In this document: positions 1 through 15,489 of the stretch, piece after piece | Numbering within the stretch: position 1 is the stretch's first letter | Layout of the letters: every line of letters starts with the position of its first letter | DNA from: an uncultured Gemmatimonadales bacterium | Lineage (GTDB): Bacteria > Gemmatimonadota > Gemmatimonadetes > Gemmatimonadales > GWC2-71-9 | Reading direction: 5' to 3' | DNA length: 64,000 nt | NCBI GenBank assembly: GCA_963728915.1 | Contig: CAVSLV010000001.1 | Location: 1,472,001-1,536,000, forward strand | Program-made: the position numbers and the translations under genes | Notes under the pieces: generated by a model | What the model was told of the DNA's origin: nothing | The model's database searches: none | What the model saw: the letters and a program-made list of their open reading frames with translations, nothing else

Positions 1-538
1 GTTGGGGCGGGCAGCCTGAACACTCCCCCAGTGGGCGCACGCCCCAACCGCCACGATCGCCGCAGCTCCCTGGGCTGCCTCCTCGAGGACCGCCTTTGCG
101 GTGCGGCCGCCGATCGTGGTGTAGATCCCATCCTCCGCGAGCGGCACCGACCCGGTGACGACGAGGAGGTATTTCCCCGCGTTCTGCTTCATGGCCTGCT
201 GGAGCGCCGCTTCGGCCTGATGTCCTGCCGCAGCCATGAGGGTGTGGGAGTAATCGAGGGAGACGACGTCGAGCACCAGGTTCCCGATGGTGGGCTCGAC
301 CGTGCGGAGCACGCTCTCCACGCATCCGGTGCATTCCTGGAGCTGAATCCAGATGACGCTCGGGCGTTTGACCGCTTCGAGAGCGTGGGCCAGCCGCGCC
401 CCGGCTGCCTCCGTCAAGACCAAGCACGATGGCGAGCCGGCCACAGAATTCGAGGAATTCGCGCCGGGAAACCCCCGCGCCTCCAACCTGTCTCGGAGTG
501 TCTCGCCTTCCTGCCGAGATCAGCTCGGGAAATGCCAT
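1..538 (-). CDS. [NiFe]-hydrogenase small subunit (group 1, Tat-exported); 5' part only, runs off the window, with an apparent frameshift near 415-475
   Basis: Manual translation of the minus strand. GGAGG RBS, then ATG at 538 and Tat motif [10 protein letters not shown] shifted frame continues [22 protein letters not shown]...[16 protein letters not shown]...[10 protein letters not shown]...[20 protein letters not shown], which carries the proximal Fe-S cluster motifs. Not in the ORF track because it has no stop in the window. Confidence 0.9.
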   Translation of the reverse strand, partial: MAFPELISAGRRDTPRQVGGAGVSRREFLEFCGRLAIVLGLDGGSRGAAGPRSRSGQTPERHLDSAPGMHRMRGERAPHGRAHHREPGARRRLPRLLPHPHGCGRTSGRSGAPAGHEAERGEIPPRRHRVGAARGGWDLHHDRRPHRKGGPRGGSPGSCGDRGGWGVRPLGECSGCPPQ

Positions 539-626
539 GGAAGTGCCTCCTGCGAATGGCCGGATCCGACCTTGCTCAGGAGGGTACGGAAAGAGCTGTG
601 AAGATTTGGTTAAGAGGGGGTGAAAA

Positions 627-667
627 GGCGGACAAGAGAGGCGGACAGGCGGACAGGCGGACAGGCA
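627..667 (+). repeat. Short tandem repeat of the 8-mer GGCGGACA
   Basis: ggcggacaagagaggcggacaggcggacaggcggacaggc; the same unit recurs at 46175 and, inverted, at about 61780. Confidence 0.8.
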
Positions 668-668
668 G

Positions 669-2163
669 CTACCGGTTAATGGAGTCTGACCCCCATTTCG
701 CCCAGTGGAGGGCGGCGCCCACCGCACGATGCCATCCTCGAGACGCCGCCTCTGCTTCACTGGTGCCCGGCATCGAACCGGGTGAACGCGCCGATGCCCG
801 GAAATTCCTCGATGCTGCGCCAGACGCCCAGCGCGAGACCGGCGAGCGCGGCAGCACCCAGAGCGCGTTGTTTCCACGTTCGCGGGCCGCTCGACCGGGA
901 TCCCCAGTACATCGGCCTGAAATTGCATCAGCCAGTCATTGGCGGTGGCGCCGCCATCAACCCGGAGCTCCGATGGCGTGACATCGGTCGCCGCCACCAT
1001 GGCCTCGAGCAGCTCCTGGGAGCTGAACGCGATGGCCTCGAGGCCGGCCCGGACCAGGTGGGCCCGGGTGGTACCGCGGGTTAGACCGGTGATGGTCCCC
1101 CGCGCTTCGGCTTCCCAGTGCGGGCTGCCCAGCCCGACGAACGCCGGGACCAGGTGCACCCCTCCGGTATCCGGCACCGAAGCCGCCAGCATGGCCGATT
1201 CGGCCGAGCTTTCCAGCAGGCCGAGGCCGTCCCGGAGCCACTGGATCACCGCGCCCGCGATGAACACGCTGCCTTCCAGGGCAAACCCGCCGCGACCCCT
1301 GGGGTCGCACGCCGCCGTCGCCAGCAAGCCCTCGGGTGGAGCGGGGGGAGTTTCGCCGGTGTAGAGGAGCAGGAACGCTCCGGTCCCATAGGTGTTCTTC
1401 GCCATGCCCTGCCGCACACATCCCTGCCCGAACAAGGCCGCCTGCTGATCTCCCGCAATACCCGCGATGGGCAGTGGGAAAGCCGAACAACTCCGGATCG
1501 GTCTCGCCGCAGACGCCGGAGGAATCAACGATCGCGGGCAACATCCGGTCGGGGATCCGGAACAGCGCGGTCAGGTCGCGGTCCCAATCGCCCGAGGCGA
1601 GGCGATACAGCATGGTGCGTGAGGCGTTGGTGCGGTCGGTCGCATGGACCCGGCCACCAGTGAGCCGGGCAATGAGCCAGGTATCCACCGTACCGGCGAG
1701 CAGCTCGCCCCGCTCGGCGCGCCAGCGGAGCTCGGAATCACGGAGCAACCACTCGAGCTTGGTGGCCGAAAAGTATGGATCGGCCACTAACCCGGTCCGG
1801 GCCCGGATGTCCGCCTCGAGACCGGCGGACCGAAGCTCACGGCAGCGCCCGGCGGTGCGCCGGTCCTGCCAGACGATCGCGGGGGCGACCGGTTTGAGGG
1901 TTGCGCGATCCCAGAGCACCACGGTTTCGCGCTGGTTGGTAATCCCGATGCCCACCGGGTCGCTCGCCCGCGGCCGAGAGCGCCTCACGCGCGGCGATTA
2001 CGGTGGACTGGAAGAGCTCTTCCGGGTCGTGCTCGACCCAGCCCGGCTCGGGGAAATGCTGGGCGAACTCGCGGCGGCCTGCACCGAGAATGGTCCCGTC
2101 CTGATGGACGACCAAGGCCCGGGAACTGGTCGTTCCCTGGTCCAGCGCGAGCATCGAGGTCAT
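669..2163 (-). pseudogene. glpK: Glycerol kinase broken by about 4 frameshifts (pseudogene or sequencing error)
   Basis: Successive frames give [13 protein letters not shown] (2163), [16 protein letters not shown]...PYFSATKLEW...[22 protein letters not shown]...KNTYGTGAF...[17 protein letters not shown]...[16 protein letters not shown], and the C-terminal GWHRAV. Confidence 0.9.
678..697. repeat. REP-like imperfect palindrome (TGGAGTCTGACCCC core), copy 1
   Basis: aatggagtctgacccccatt; its 14-bp core is identical to that at 46965-46978. Confidence 0.55.
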
Positions 2164-2306
2164 GACGGAGGGGAAGTTAGCGGCTCACCGGGCCCACCAC
2201 GGGATTCCTTCCGGACGGAAAAGCCCAGTGGTTCTGGAGTGAGGGGATTCCCTGAATCGGGGGAGGTTCTTCGGGGCTATTTTGCGGGAAACGGGGGTGG
2301 GTCTCG

Positions 2307-3134
2307 ATGACGCAGCGCCGATTCCGGATTCTCCGAGTGCTCCTGCCGGCCGCGCTCGTCTGCGGTTCAGCAGGAGTGCTCTCCGCGCACGACCTCTTCA
2401 TCAAGTTGCGCAGCTACTTCCTCCCCGCGGAGACCGCGGTGGAGGCCCGGTTGCTCAACGGAACCTGGACCCGAAGCGAGAACGCGATCGCTCGGAATCG
2501 GATCGCCGACTTCTCCCTGGTGGGCCCGACCGGACGCGCCCGGCTCGACACCATCGCCGTTCTTCCCCGCGGAGACACGACCCTGGTTCGCTTCCGCACC
2601 GGCGCACCGGGCACCTATGTCCTCGGCATTTCGATCCGGGCCAGCGAAATCTCGCTCGCGGCCAAGGACTTCAACGCCTACCTCAAGGAAGAGGGTATCA
2701 CCGAAACCCTCGCCGAGCGGACCCGGAGTGGGACTCTGGATCAGCCGGCGCGAGAGCAATATTCCAAGCACGTGAAGGCGATCCTTCAGGTCGGCGACGA
2801 GCGCAACGAGGCCTATGCGACGGTCCTGGGATATCCGGCCGAGATCGTGCCGCTCGAGAATCCCTACCAACGCAAAGTGGGAGAGACCATCCGGGTCCGT
2901 TGCCTGGTGGACGGGATTGCCACCGCGGGGCTCACGGTACTCGCCGGCGGCACCAGCGCGCAGGGGGGTCCCATCCGGGAAAGTTCCGCGGTGACCGATG
3001 CGGCCGGGATCGCGGCGATTTCCCTGCCTTCCGCCGGCCGATGGTACGTAAAGTTCATCAGCATGCGGCGATCCGCCGAGGGCAATCTCACCCACCGGTC
3101 ACGGTGGGCCACTCTCACGTTTCAAGTACGCTGA
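2307..3134 (+). CDS. DUF4198-like periplasmic protein (family often linked to metal/Ni uptake)
   Basis: Signal peptide ending SA-HDLFIK; motifs YSKHVKAILQVG, LGYPAEIVPLENPY and TDAAGIA...GRWYVK. Confidence 0.75.
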   Translation: MTQRRFRILRVLLPAALVCGSAGVLSAHDLFIKLRSYFLPAETAVEARLLNGTWTRSENAIARNRIADFSLVGPTGRARLDTIAVLPRGDTTLVRFRTGAPGTYVLGISIRASEISLAAKDFNAYLKEEGITETLAERTRSGTLDQPAREQYSKHVKAILQVGDERNEAYATVLGYPAEIVPLENPYQRKVGETIRVRCLVDGIATAGLTVLAGGTSAQGGPIRESSAVTDAAGIAAISLPSAGRWYVKFISMRRSAEGNLTHRSRWATLTFQVR

Positions 3135-3155
3135 CCATGACCGGCCCACCGGGGC

Positions 3156-4163
3156 CTAGTGGCCCATGGCCACGGCCCTGGGGCTCCCCACCGTGATCAG
3201 CCCCACCGCGCCGAGGCTCGCATCCGCGAAGGCGTGGGTGACGAACGCATAGCGGCCTTCCTCGTTGAACCGGGTCTCGAGCACCGCACCGCTGCCCGGC
3301 GGGATCTGCTGGGTCTGCAGTCCGTGGAGCACGGTATGGGGATCCCCGTCGGGAAACACCGCATCAAAGATCGTCCCCACGATGTGAAACGCGCTGAACC
3401 GGTTGGGCCCGGCATTCACGACGAAGAAGCGGACCCGGTCGCCCCGGTCGACCTGGAGCGGCGCCGCCTGATACTGGCCGGCCCGGCCGTTGAACACGAC
3501 ATAACCCGCGTGGTTCTCCAGCATCGCGGTCCAGTCCCCTTCCCGGATCGCACTGTCGGCGGCGGGCTTGGGATAGAACTCGCTCTGAACCACCACGAAC
3601 TCCTTGTCGACCCGGTTCGGCCAGCCGCCGGCGGGATCCACGATGATCGGCAAGTACATGCCCTGGGCGATATGCATCAGCACCGGCGGAGTCCCGCAGT
3701 GAACCATGAAGGCCCCCGGCGTGGTCGCGGTGAACTCGAACGCCAACGAGTCCCCCGGGGCGATCGACTTCATCGCCTGATCCATGGGAAGCCGAGCCGC
3801 ATGGAGATCGATCGAGTGCGGCATGTCCTTCGCCTGGTTCACGATCTTGATCCGCACCAGGTCGCCCTGACGGACCCGAATCACCGGGCCCGGCACGGTT
3901 CCCCCGAACGTCCATGCGACGTACTTCACACCATCGGCGATCTCGATGGTGTCATTGGTCATGGGAATCCGGAATTCCTTGATCGGAGCGGTTCCAACCG
4001 GAGCGAGCCGCGCATCAAACGCCGGCGCAGTGGAAGTCCGGGTCACCCCGAAGTCCACGACCTGCACCGCTTTCTCTTTCCCAAGAGCGCCGGCAAGCAC
4101 CGCGGCGCCCGCGATTCCCAGTGTAGTCAGAATGGTCATTGGCCAACGAACTGTCTTTCCCAC
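3156..4163 (-). CDS. nirK: Copper-containing nitrite reductase
   Basis: Two cupredoxin domains. Type-1 and type-2 Cu ligands in PHSIDLH, VHCGTPPVLMHIAQGM and AFVTHAF; catalytic Asp (SID) and His (FHIVG) present. AGGAG RBS before GTG. Confidence 0.8.
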   Translation of the reverse strand: MGKTVRWPMTILTTLGIAGAAVLAGALGKEKAVQVVDFGVTRTSTAPAFDARLAPVGTAPIKEFRIPMTNDTIEIADGVKYVAWTFGGTVPGPVIRVRQGDLVRIKIVNQAKDMPHSIDLHAARLPMDQAMKSIAPGDSLAFEFTATTPGAFMVHCGTPPVLMHIAQGMYLPIIVDPAGGWPNRVDKEFVVVQSEFYPKPAADSAIREGDWTAMLENHAGYVVFNGRAGQYQAAPLQVDRGDRVRFFVVNAGPNRFSAFHIVGTIFDAVFPDGDPHTVLHGLQTQQIPPGSGAVLETRFNEEGRYAFVTHAFADASLGAVGLITVGSPRAVAMGH

Positions 4164-4295
4164 GGTTGCTCCTGTGCGTCATGTAGGTGTGAACAGGATG
4201 CTTGTCTGTCCATAAAGACATCTTTAACGTTTGAGTAAGGGATCTTCATCGACCTCCCCCCGGTATCTTCTGGCACCTTCTACCCGAGCCTGGTC

Positions 4296-5072
4296 ATGGC
4301 GTATTCCACCCTCCTCCTTGAGACCCGCGACGGGATCGCCCGGATCACGATCAATCGCCCTGAGAAGCTCAATGCGCTGAACGACGCCGTGATCACCGAG
4401 CTTGGTGACGCGGCCGCCAGGCTCACCACGGAATCGGGAATCCGGGCGGCGATCATCACGGGCGCCGGGGAGAAGGCCTTCGTGGCCGGGGCGGACATCG
4501 GCGAGCTGGCCCGCTGCAACCCGCTCGAGGCGCGCACCCTCTCTCAGAAGGGAAGCCGGGTATTCCGGCAGCTCGAGCTCTGTCCCAAACCGGTCGTCGC
4601 CGCGGTGAATGGCTTCGCCCTGGGCGGCGGCTGCGAGCTTGCGATGGCGTGCCACATCCGCATCGCGAGTGAGAACGCCAGGTTCGGCCAGCCTGAAGTC
4701 AAGCTGGGGATCATCCCCGGATACGGAGGCACGGTGCGTCTCCCCCGGCTGGTGGGCCGAGGGCGTGCGCTCGAGCTCCTGCTCTCGGGCGCACCGATCG
4801 ATGCCCGGGAGGCTCACCGCATCGGGCTGGCGAACCGCGTCGTCCCACTGAGCCAGCTTCTGGCCGAAGCAGAAACCCTGATTCGGGCCATGCTCGAGAA
4901 TGGACCGCTCGCGTTGCGCGGGTGCCTGGAGGCCCTCGATCAGCAGGAAAGCCGGCCTCTGGAGGAAGCCCTGAACCTGGAAAGCCAGCGGTTCGGAGAC
5001 CTGGCCGGAACCCCGGATTTTCGGGAGGGGACCAGCGCCTTTCTGGAGAAGCGAAAACCCACCTTTCAGTAG
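4296..5072 (+). CDS. Enoyl-CoA hydratase/crotonase
   Basis: INRPEKLNALN, AFVAGADI, GGGCELAMAC, FGQPEVKLGIIPGYGG. Confidence 0.93.
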   Translation: MAYSTLLLETRDGIARITINRPEKLNALNDAVITELGDAAARLTTESGIRAAIITGAGEKAFVAGADIGELARCNPLEARTLSQKGSRVFRQLELCPKPVVAAVNGFALGGGCELAMACHIRIASENARFGQPEVKLGIIPGYGGTVRLPRLVGRGRALELLLSGAPIDAREAHRIGLANRVVPLSQLLAEAETLIRAMLENGPLALRGCLEALDQQESRPLEEALNLESQRFGDLAGTPDFREGTSAFLEKRKPTFQ

Positions 5073-5106
5073 TGCAATCCGGAGCCCTAACCCCTTAAAT
5101 TTCGGG

Positions 5107-6239
5107 GTGATGCGGGCCGAACGAATCGTCGCGCGAGGGTTCCGGAATCTGGTCGATCTGGACCTTGTTCTGCCCCCGGCCGGCGCCGCATTTCTGGGCC
5201 GGAATGGGCAAGGAAAAACCAACCTTCTCGAGTTGCTGTACTACCCCGTTCTGTTCCGTTCGCTGCGAGGCTCAAGAGACGGCGAAATCGCTCGCCACGG
5301 CGAGGCCGGGTTCGGCTTGACCATGCAGGTCCGGACCTCCGGACCGAGCCGCCCGGGAGCCGTCAGCATCGCGAGCGAATTCCGGTCGGCCGAAAAAGAG
5401 AAATCGGCGACGGTGGACGGAGTCCGGTCCGAGCGGTTGGGCGACGCGATCGGCCGCTGGCTGGCGGTGGCGTTCCTGCCTGCCGACCTCAGGCTGGTCC
5501 ATGGATCGAGCGCGGAGCGGCGCCAGTATCTCGACCGCGTGCTGGCACTTGCCGATCGGGGATATCTCACGGCGCTTACCAGATACCGCCGGGCGCTCGC
5601 GCAGCGAAATGCGGCGCTCCGTCAGCAGCAATCCGCTCTGGCGGCCGCGTTCGACGGAATCCTCGCCGAAGCCGGCGCCCTCCTGGTGCGCCGCCGAATG
5701 GAGTGGGTGAGGGAGTCCGCCGAGCTCTTCACCGCGGAATGCGACGGCCTGGGGGAGACGACGGCGACGACCGTGCGGTACCGGGGCGACGAGGATCTTG
5801 CCGAGGCCGATGCCTGGGGCGGAGCCCTTCGCCGGGCGGCGTCACGCGATCAGGCCCTCGGCATGACGACGGTGGGACCCCATCGTCACGATCTCGAGCT
5901 CCGCCTGGGGAAACGGCGCTTCCGCGAAGCGGGCTCCACCGGCCAGCAGCGGACCGCGGCGATCGCCCTCAAGCTCTGTGAGCTGGCGACTCTCGCTTCG
6001 GCCTCCGGGTCGGCGCCGGCGCTCCTGCTCGATGACGTGTTCGCCGAGCTGGATTCCGGGCGCCAGACGAAGCTCGCGGACCGACTGGCCGCCCCGAGAC
6101 CCGGAATGACCGGCGCGCCACCGCAGACGTTCCTGACTTCGCCCCGGGGCGATGAGCTGCCCGAGGTGTTCCCGCTCGAGCGGTTTGCGGTCGAAGGCGG
6201 TGCGATCCGAGAGGCCTCCCGGGCGCGGGAACTGGTCGC

Positions 6240-6243
<4 letters not shown>
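5107..6243 (+). CDS. recF: DNA replication/repair protein RecF
   Basis: FRNL, GRNGQGKTNLLE, ERRQYLD, GPHRHDL, GSTGQQRT, LLLDDVFAELD. Confidence 0.95.
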
Positions 6244-8535
<2,292 letters not shown>

Positions 8536-8538
8536 GTG

Positions 8539-9852
8539 CTAGGTGCTGGCCGTCACCCGTTCCTGAATCAGGGGTAGTGGCGAGGCGGTGTCTCCGATCC
8601 GGAGCACCGCCTCGATCGCTTTCTTCGCCTGCTCGGCGTCCGATTCGGTCCGCGCGTGCACTACGGCGAGGACCTCGCCCCTGGCCACCCGGTCGCCCGG
8701 CTTGACCGGGATCACGATCCCGACCGACGGATCGATCACGTCGTCGGTGCGGGACCTCCCGCCACCCAGCGCGATGATCGCGTGGCCGATCGGGCGGGGT
8801 GGAATCTCCGCGACCACGCCGGTCCTGGTCGCCTTGACGTCGCGGATGACCGGAGCCCGGGGCAGGAGGTCGTAGGAGTCGACGACCCGGGGCTCTCCCC
8901 CCTGCGCCTGCACCAGCTTCGCGAACATCTCGATGGCGCGTCCCGAACGGATCGTCTCCTCGAGTCGGGCTTTCGCGACATCCGCATCCTTCTCGACTCC
9001 AGCCACCAGCAGCATCTCCACCGCGAGCGCCATGGTGACTTCCATGAGATCCGGGGGTCCTTGGCCCTTGAGGCCCTCCAGCGATTCGATCACCTCGAGC
9101 GCATTGCCACAGGCAAACCCGAGCGGGCGATCCATGGCGGTGAGCAGGGCCACCGTTCGGCAGCCGTGCGAAGCACCGATCCCGATCATGGTCTTCGCGA
9201 GCACCAGCGACTGGGCCGGATCGGTAATGAACGCCCCACTCCCGGTCTTGATGTCGAGCACCAGGCCCTGCAAGCCCTCGGCGAGCTTCTTCGACATGAT
9301 GCTCGCCGAGATGAGCGGGATCGACTCGACCGTGCCGGTCACGTCGCGGAGGGCGTAGAGCTTCCGGTCCGCGGGGCAGATCTCGGGGGTCTGCCCCAGC
9401 ATGACCACGCCGAGGCGCTTGACCTGCGCGATGGCCTGGTCGAGCGAGAGCCGCACGGTGAAGCCGGGGATGGCCTCGAGCTTGTCGAGGGTGCCGCCGG
9501 TGTGCCCCAAGCCGCGTCCCGAGATCATCGGAACCGCGACGCCGCAGCACGCGACCATCGGCGCCAGCAGCAGGGAGGTCTTGTCGCCCACCCCGCCAAT
9601 CGAGTGCTTGTCGACCCGGGGAATCGCCAAGTCACCGAATTCCAGGGTCGACCCGGAGTGGAGCATGGCGTCGGTCAGCGCCGCGAGCTCGTCGGGCTCG
9701 AGCCCGCGCCAGACCACCGCCATGGCCAGCGCGCTCATCTGGTAGTCGGGCAGCTCGTCGCGCGCGTACGCGGCGATGAGCGCACGCCAGTCGTCCGGGC
9801 GCAAGGCCCGGCCGTCTCGCTTGGCTTCGATGAGTCGCGGGACGTGAATCAG
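8539..9852 (-). CDS. pdp: Pyrimidine-nucleoside/thymidine phosphorylase
   Basis: VDKHSIGGVGDKTS, SGRGLGHTGGTLDKLE, SIMSKKLAEG. The conserved N-terminus IHVPRLIEAKRDG lies upstream of the track start (9804), implying a start near CTG 9852. Confidence 0.92.
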   Translation of the reverse strand: MIHVPRLIEAKRDGRALRPDDWRALIAAYARDELPDYQMSALAMAVVWRGLEPDELAALTDAMLHSGSTLEFGDLAIPRVDKHSIGGVGDKTSLLLAPMVACCGVAVPMISGRGLGHTGGTLDKLEAIPGFTVRLSLDQAIAQVKRLGVVMLGQTPEICPADRKLYALRDVTGTVESIPLISASIMSKKLAEGLQGLVLDIKTGSGAFITDPAQSLVLAKTMIGIGASHGCRTVALLTAMDRPLGFACGNALEVIESLEGLKGQGPPDLMEVTMALAVEMLLVAGVEKDADVAKARLEETIRSGRAIEMFAKLVQAQGGEPRVVDSYDLLPRAPVIRDVKATRTGVVAEIPPRPIGHAIIALGGGRSRTDDVIDPSVGIVIPVKPGDRVARGEVLAVVHARTESDAEQAKKAIEAVLRIGDTASPLPLIQERVTAST

Positions 9853-9856
9853 AGAA

Positions 9857-12835
<2,979 letters not shown>

Positions 12836-12839
<4 letters not shown>

Positions 12840-14128
12840 CCCGGTAGCACGCCCAGGCCTTCCAGCAGGAGGGAGGGCACGCAGGCCGATCCCACCCAGG
12901 TCGGGTCGCTGGCGATGGCCCCGATCCGATTGAGCGCCGCGAAGGTGTTCCCCACCAGCTGAAGGCCCTCCAGCCGGCCGGTGACCCGGCCGTTCTCCAC
13001 CAGGTAGGTCCACGGAGCCGGCAGACGGAAGGTTCCTCGGAGGGGATTGGGCCCGGAGCGCCACTCCAGCTCGTCCACCAGGAGTCCCCGCCCCATCATG
13101 GTGAGAAGGGTCGCCCGGGTCTCCACCCCCGGAGTCACTCGCACATTGGAGAACCCGACCCGGGAGCCCCCCTGCCGCCGCCATCCGTGCCCGGTCGATG
13201 GCACCCCGGACCGGGCGCCGGTCTCGAGATCGGCGAGGAACCCGTTCACCCTTCCGCGTTCGATCAGCACGATACTCCGGGTCACCACGCCGTCATCGTC
13301 CACCGGGCGGGAGCCCGGCCGTCCCGGCGCGAGCGGGTCGTCGATCACGGTGAGCCGGGGATCGAAGACCCGCTCGCCGACCTGGTGGCGCAGGGGGGAC
13401 TCGCCGGCGAGGGCCTGGCGGCCGGTCAGCGCGGCGCGGAGCGGGAGCAGGAACGTGGCGAGGGCCCGGGGGGACAGGACGACCGGCATGACCGGATCGA
13501 GCCTGCTCCGGGACAGGAGCCGCGGCTCGAGCCGGGCTTCCACCTCGGAGACCAGACCCTCCAGATCGCTCAGCTCGGGCAGCGCGGCGCCGGACCAGTG
13601 GACCCGGCAAGGGGGTGCATAACCCGCACCGATGCTCTCGACCACCGCCCCGGCCCCGGCCAGCGTCACGTCGTAGCCGGTCAGCACCCCGCGGGTATTC
13701 CCCACCCGCACCGATCCGGCCGACCGCTCGGCCCACACTTCCACCCGGCGATGGCTCCGCCGCAGGCGCTCGAACAGGTTCCGGGCGATTCCCTCGAGCG
13801 CGGGCGCCCCGGCCGACACCGCCTGGGCCGATCGGGTCGCGACCTGGGGAAGCGGGGCCGGCACCGGGACCTGGAGCTCGAGCGTGGGACCGGCGGCCGC
13901 GGCGGCGAGGGCGCGGTCGCGGAGCGCGGCGGCATCCAGGGCGGCGCCGGACCCGTAGCCGATCCGTCCTTCGTGCATAACCCGCAAATGCGAGCAGGCG
14001 GACGTGGCGGCCCAGATCCGGCTGTGGCCATCGGGAGCGAGCGACAGGGTGAGGGTGTCGTCCTCCTTGATGACCGCGTCGGCCCGCTGGGTATGGGGCG
14101 CCACCGCATCGAGCAGAACCCCGATCAC
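12836..14128 (-). CDS. TldE/PmbA-family protein
   Basis: GERVFDPRLTVIDDP, PVDDDGV, STGHG, ENGRV; GTGA-coupled to the TldD-like gene. Confidence 0.85.
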
Positions 14129-15489
14129 GTCAGCTCACACCCGACCACCGCCCGGGCGATCCGAAGATGGGGCGCCCCCGTGGTCATCGGCACCAGGCCT
14201 GCCGCTCCGTCCCGGCAGTGGGATGCTCCAGTCTCCCAGCGGAAATCCCCCGCCACCGCGTCGATCTTCCCCAGGAGCTCCAGCAGCTCTCCGCTCAGCC
14301 GGACGCCTTTCACGGGCTCCGCGAGACGGCCATCCCGGATCATCCGCGCCGAGCCGGGGCGAAGCAGGAGCCCGGCTTCGGAAGACTCGCACCCCAGCGC
14401 ATCGCTCAGGTAGAGGCCGGTTGGGATCCCCTCGAGCAGGTCTTCCAGGGCGCCCGACCCCGGGGCGAGAAACGAGTTGGTCGCGCGGGGATAGGGCGTC
14501 CCGGTCACGGTGGCGGCCCGGGCATGACCGGTTGGAGGGGCGCCGGTGGAACCCGCGGTCTCGCGGCAATGCAGGTGACCGAGCACGATGCCGTTCTGCA
14601 CCACCATGGTGCGCCGAGCCTCGGTCCCTTCGTCATCGTAGGGGCCCGATCCGACGAGACCGGGGACGGTGGGATCGTCGCCGACCGTGAGAAGCTCGGG
14701 CCCGATCCGCGCGCCCAGCGGAAGCACATCGGCGTCGGCGCCGGGGAGCGCAGGCCGGCCGGCGTGGACGATGGCCCGGTGCAGCAGGACTCCGGCCGCG
14801 GCGGGATCGAGGATCACCGGGTAGGCACCGGAGCGAACCGGGATGGCCTCGAGCCGGTTCACCGCGCGCTGCCCGGTCTCCGCCAGGACCTCCTCGATCG
14901 GGTCGAGCGCATTCCACCCGGGACAGGTGAACGACCCCAGGCCCCGCTCGACCGCGCCATCCTGCCGCGCGACCGCGAGAATCATCACCGTCACCCGCGA
15001 CCGGAGGTCCTGGATCCAGGCGCCTTCCGAGGTACCCAGCCAGGTTTCCACCACCTCGTCCCGTGCCAGGATGCGGGCGGCCTGGATCCGCCGGTCCTGG
15101 TCCATGAGCCGTGCCGCCATCTGCTCGACTCGGTCGCGCTTGGCGAGGAGCGGGACGGTGCGGGGATCGTCCGCCAGCGTGTCGCCGGCCTCGTGCTGGC
15201 GGATCGGAATCGGGGCGAGCCGGATGGTGGAACGTGACCCGCATCCGAGCGACAGCTCGTGGGCGCGGAGGAGGTGGGTGTCGAGATGGTCGGACCCGTC
15301 GAATCCGACCGCCCCCCAGCCGGTTTCCGAGGAGCAGCAGCGCGCGATTCCGCCCAGCTCCATCGATTCCTGGGCCCCGTCGACCGTGCGATCGCGCAGC
15401 AGGACCGAGGAGGTCCAGATTCGCCGGAGCCGGAGCTCGCTATACCCGGCGCGCGAGCGAGTCAGCGCGTCGAGGATCGGCTCCTTCAC
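14125..15489 (-). CDS. TldD-family protein with a degenerate metal motif (HRAIVH)
   Basis: YPVILDP..AGVLLHRAIVH, LTVGDDPT, YDDEGT, TGHARA, PRATNSF, C-terminal Cys and GAPHLRI. Confidence 0.85.
   Translation of the reverse strand: MKEPILDALTRSRAGYSELRLRRIWTSSVLLRDRTVDGAQESMELGGIARCCSSETGWGAVGFDGSDHLDTHLLRAHELSLGCGSRSTIRLAPIPIRQHEAGDTLADDPRTVPLLAKRDRVEQMAARLMDQDRRIQAARILARDEVVETWLGTSEGAWIQDLRSRVTVMILAVARQDGAVERGLGSFTCPGWNALDPIEEVLAETGQRAVNRLEAIPVRSGAYPVILDPAAAGVLLHRAIVHAGRPALPGADADVLPLGARIGPELLTVGDDPTVPGLVGSGPYDDEGTEARRTMVVQNGIVLGHLHCRETAGSTGAPPTGHARAATVTGTPYPRATNSFLAPGSGALEDLLEGIPTGLYLSDALGCESSEAGLLLRPGSARMIRDGRLAEPVKGVRLSGELLELLGKIDAVAGDFRWETGASHCRDGAAGLVPMTTGAPHLRIARAVVGCELT

Noticed and set aside
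31..981. 316-aa plus-strand ORF
   Set aside because: Antisense shadow of the hydrogenase small subunit and the glpK 3' end; no recognisable motifs.
4164..5106. oriC next to recF-gyrB
   Set aside because: No dnaA/dnaN and no cluster of TTATCCACA boxes seen.
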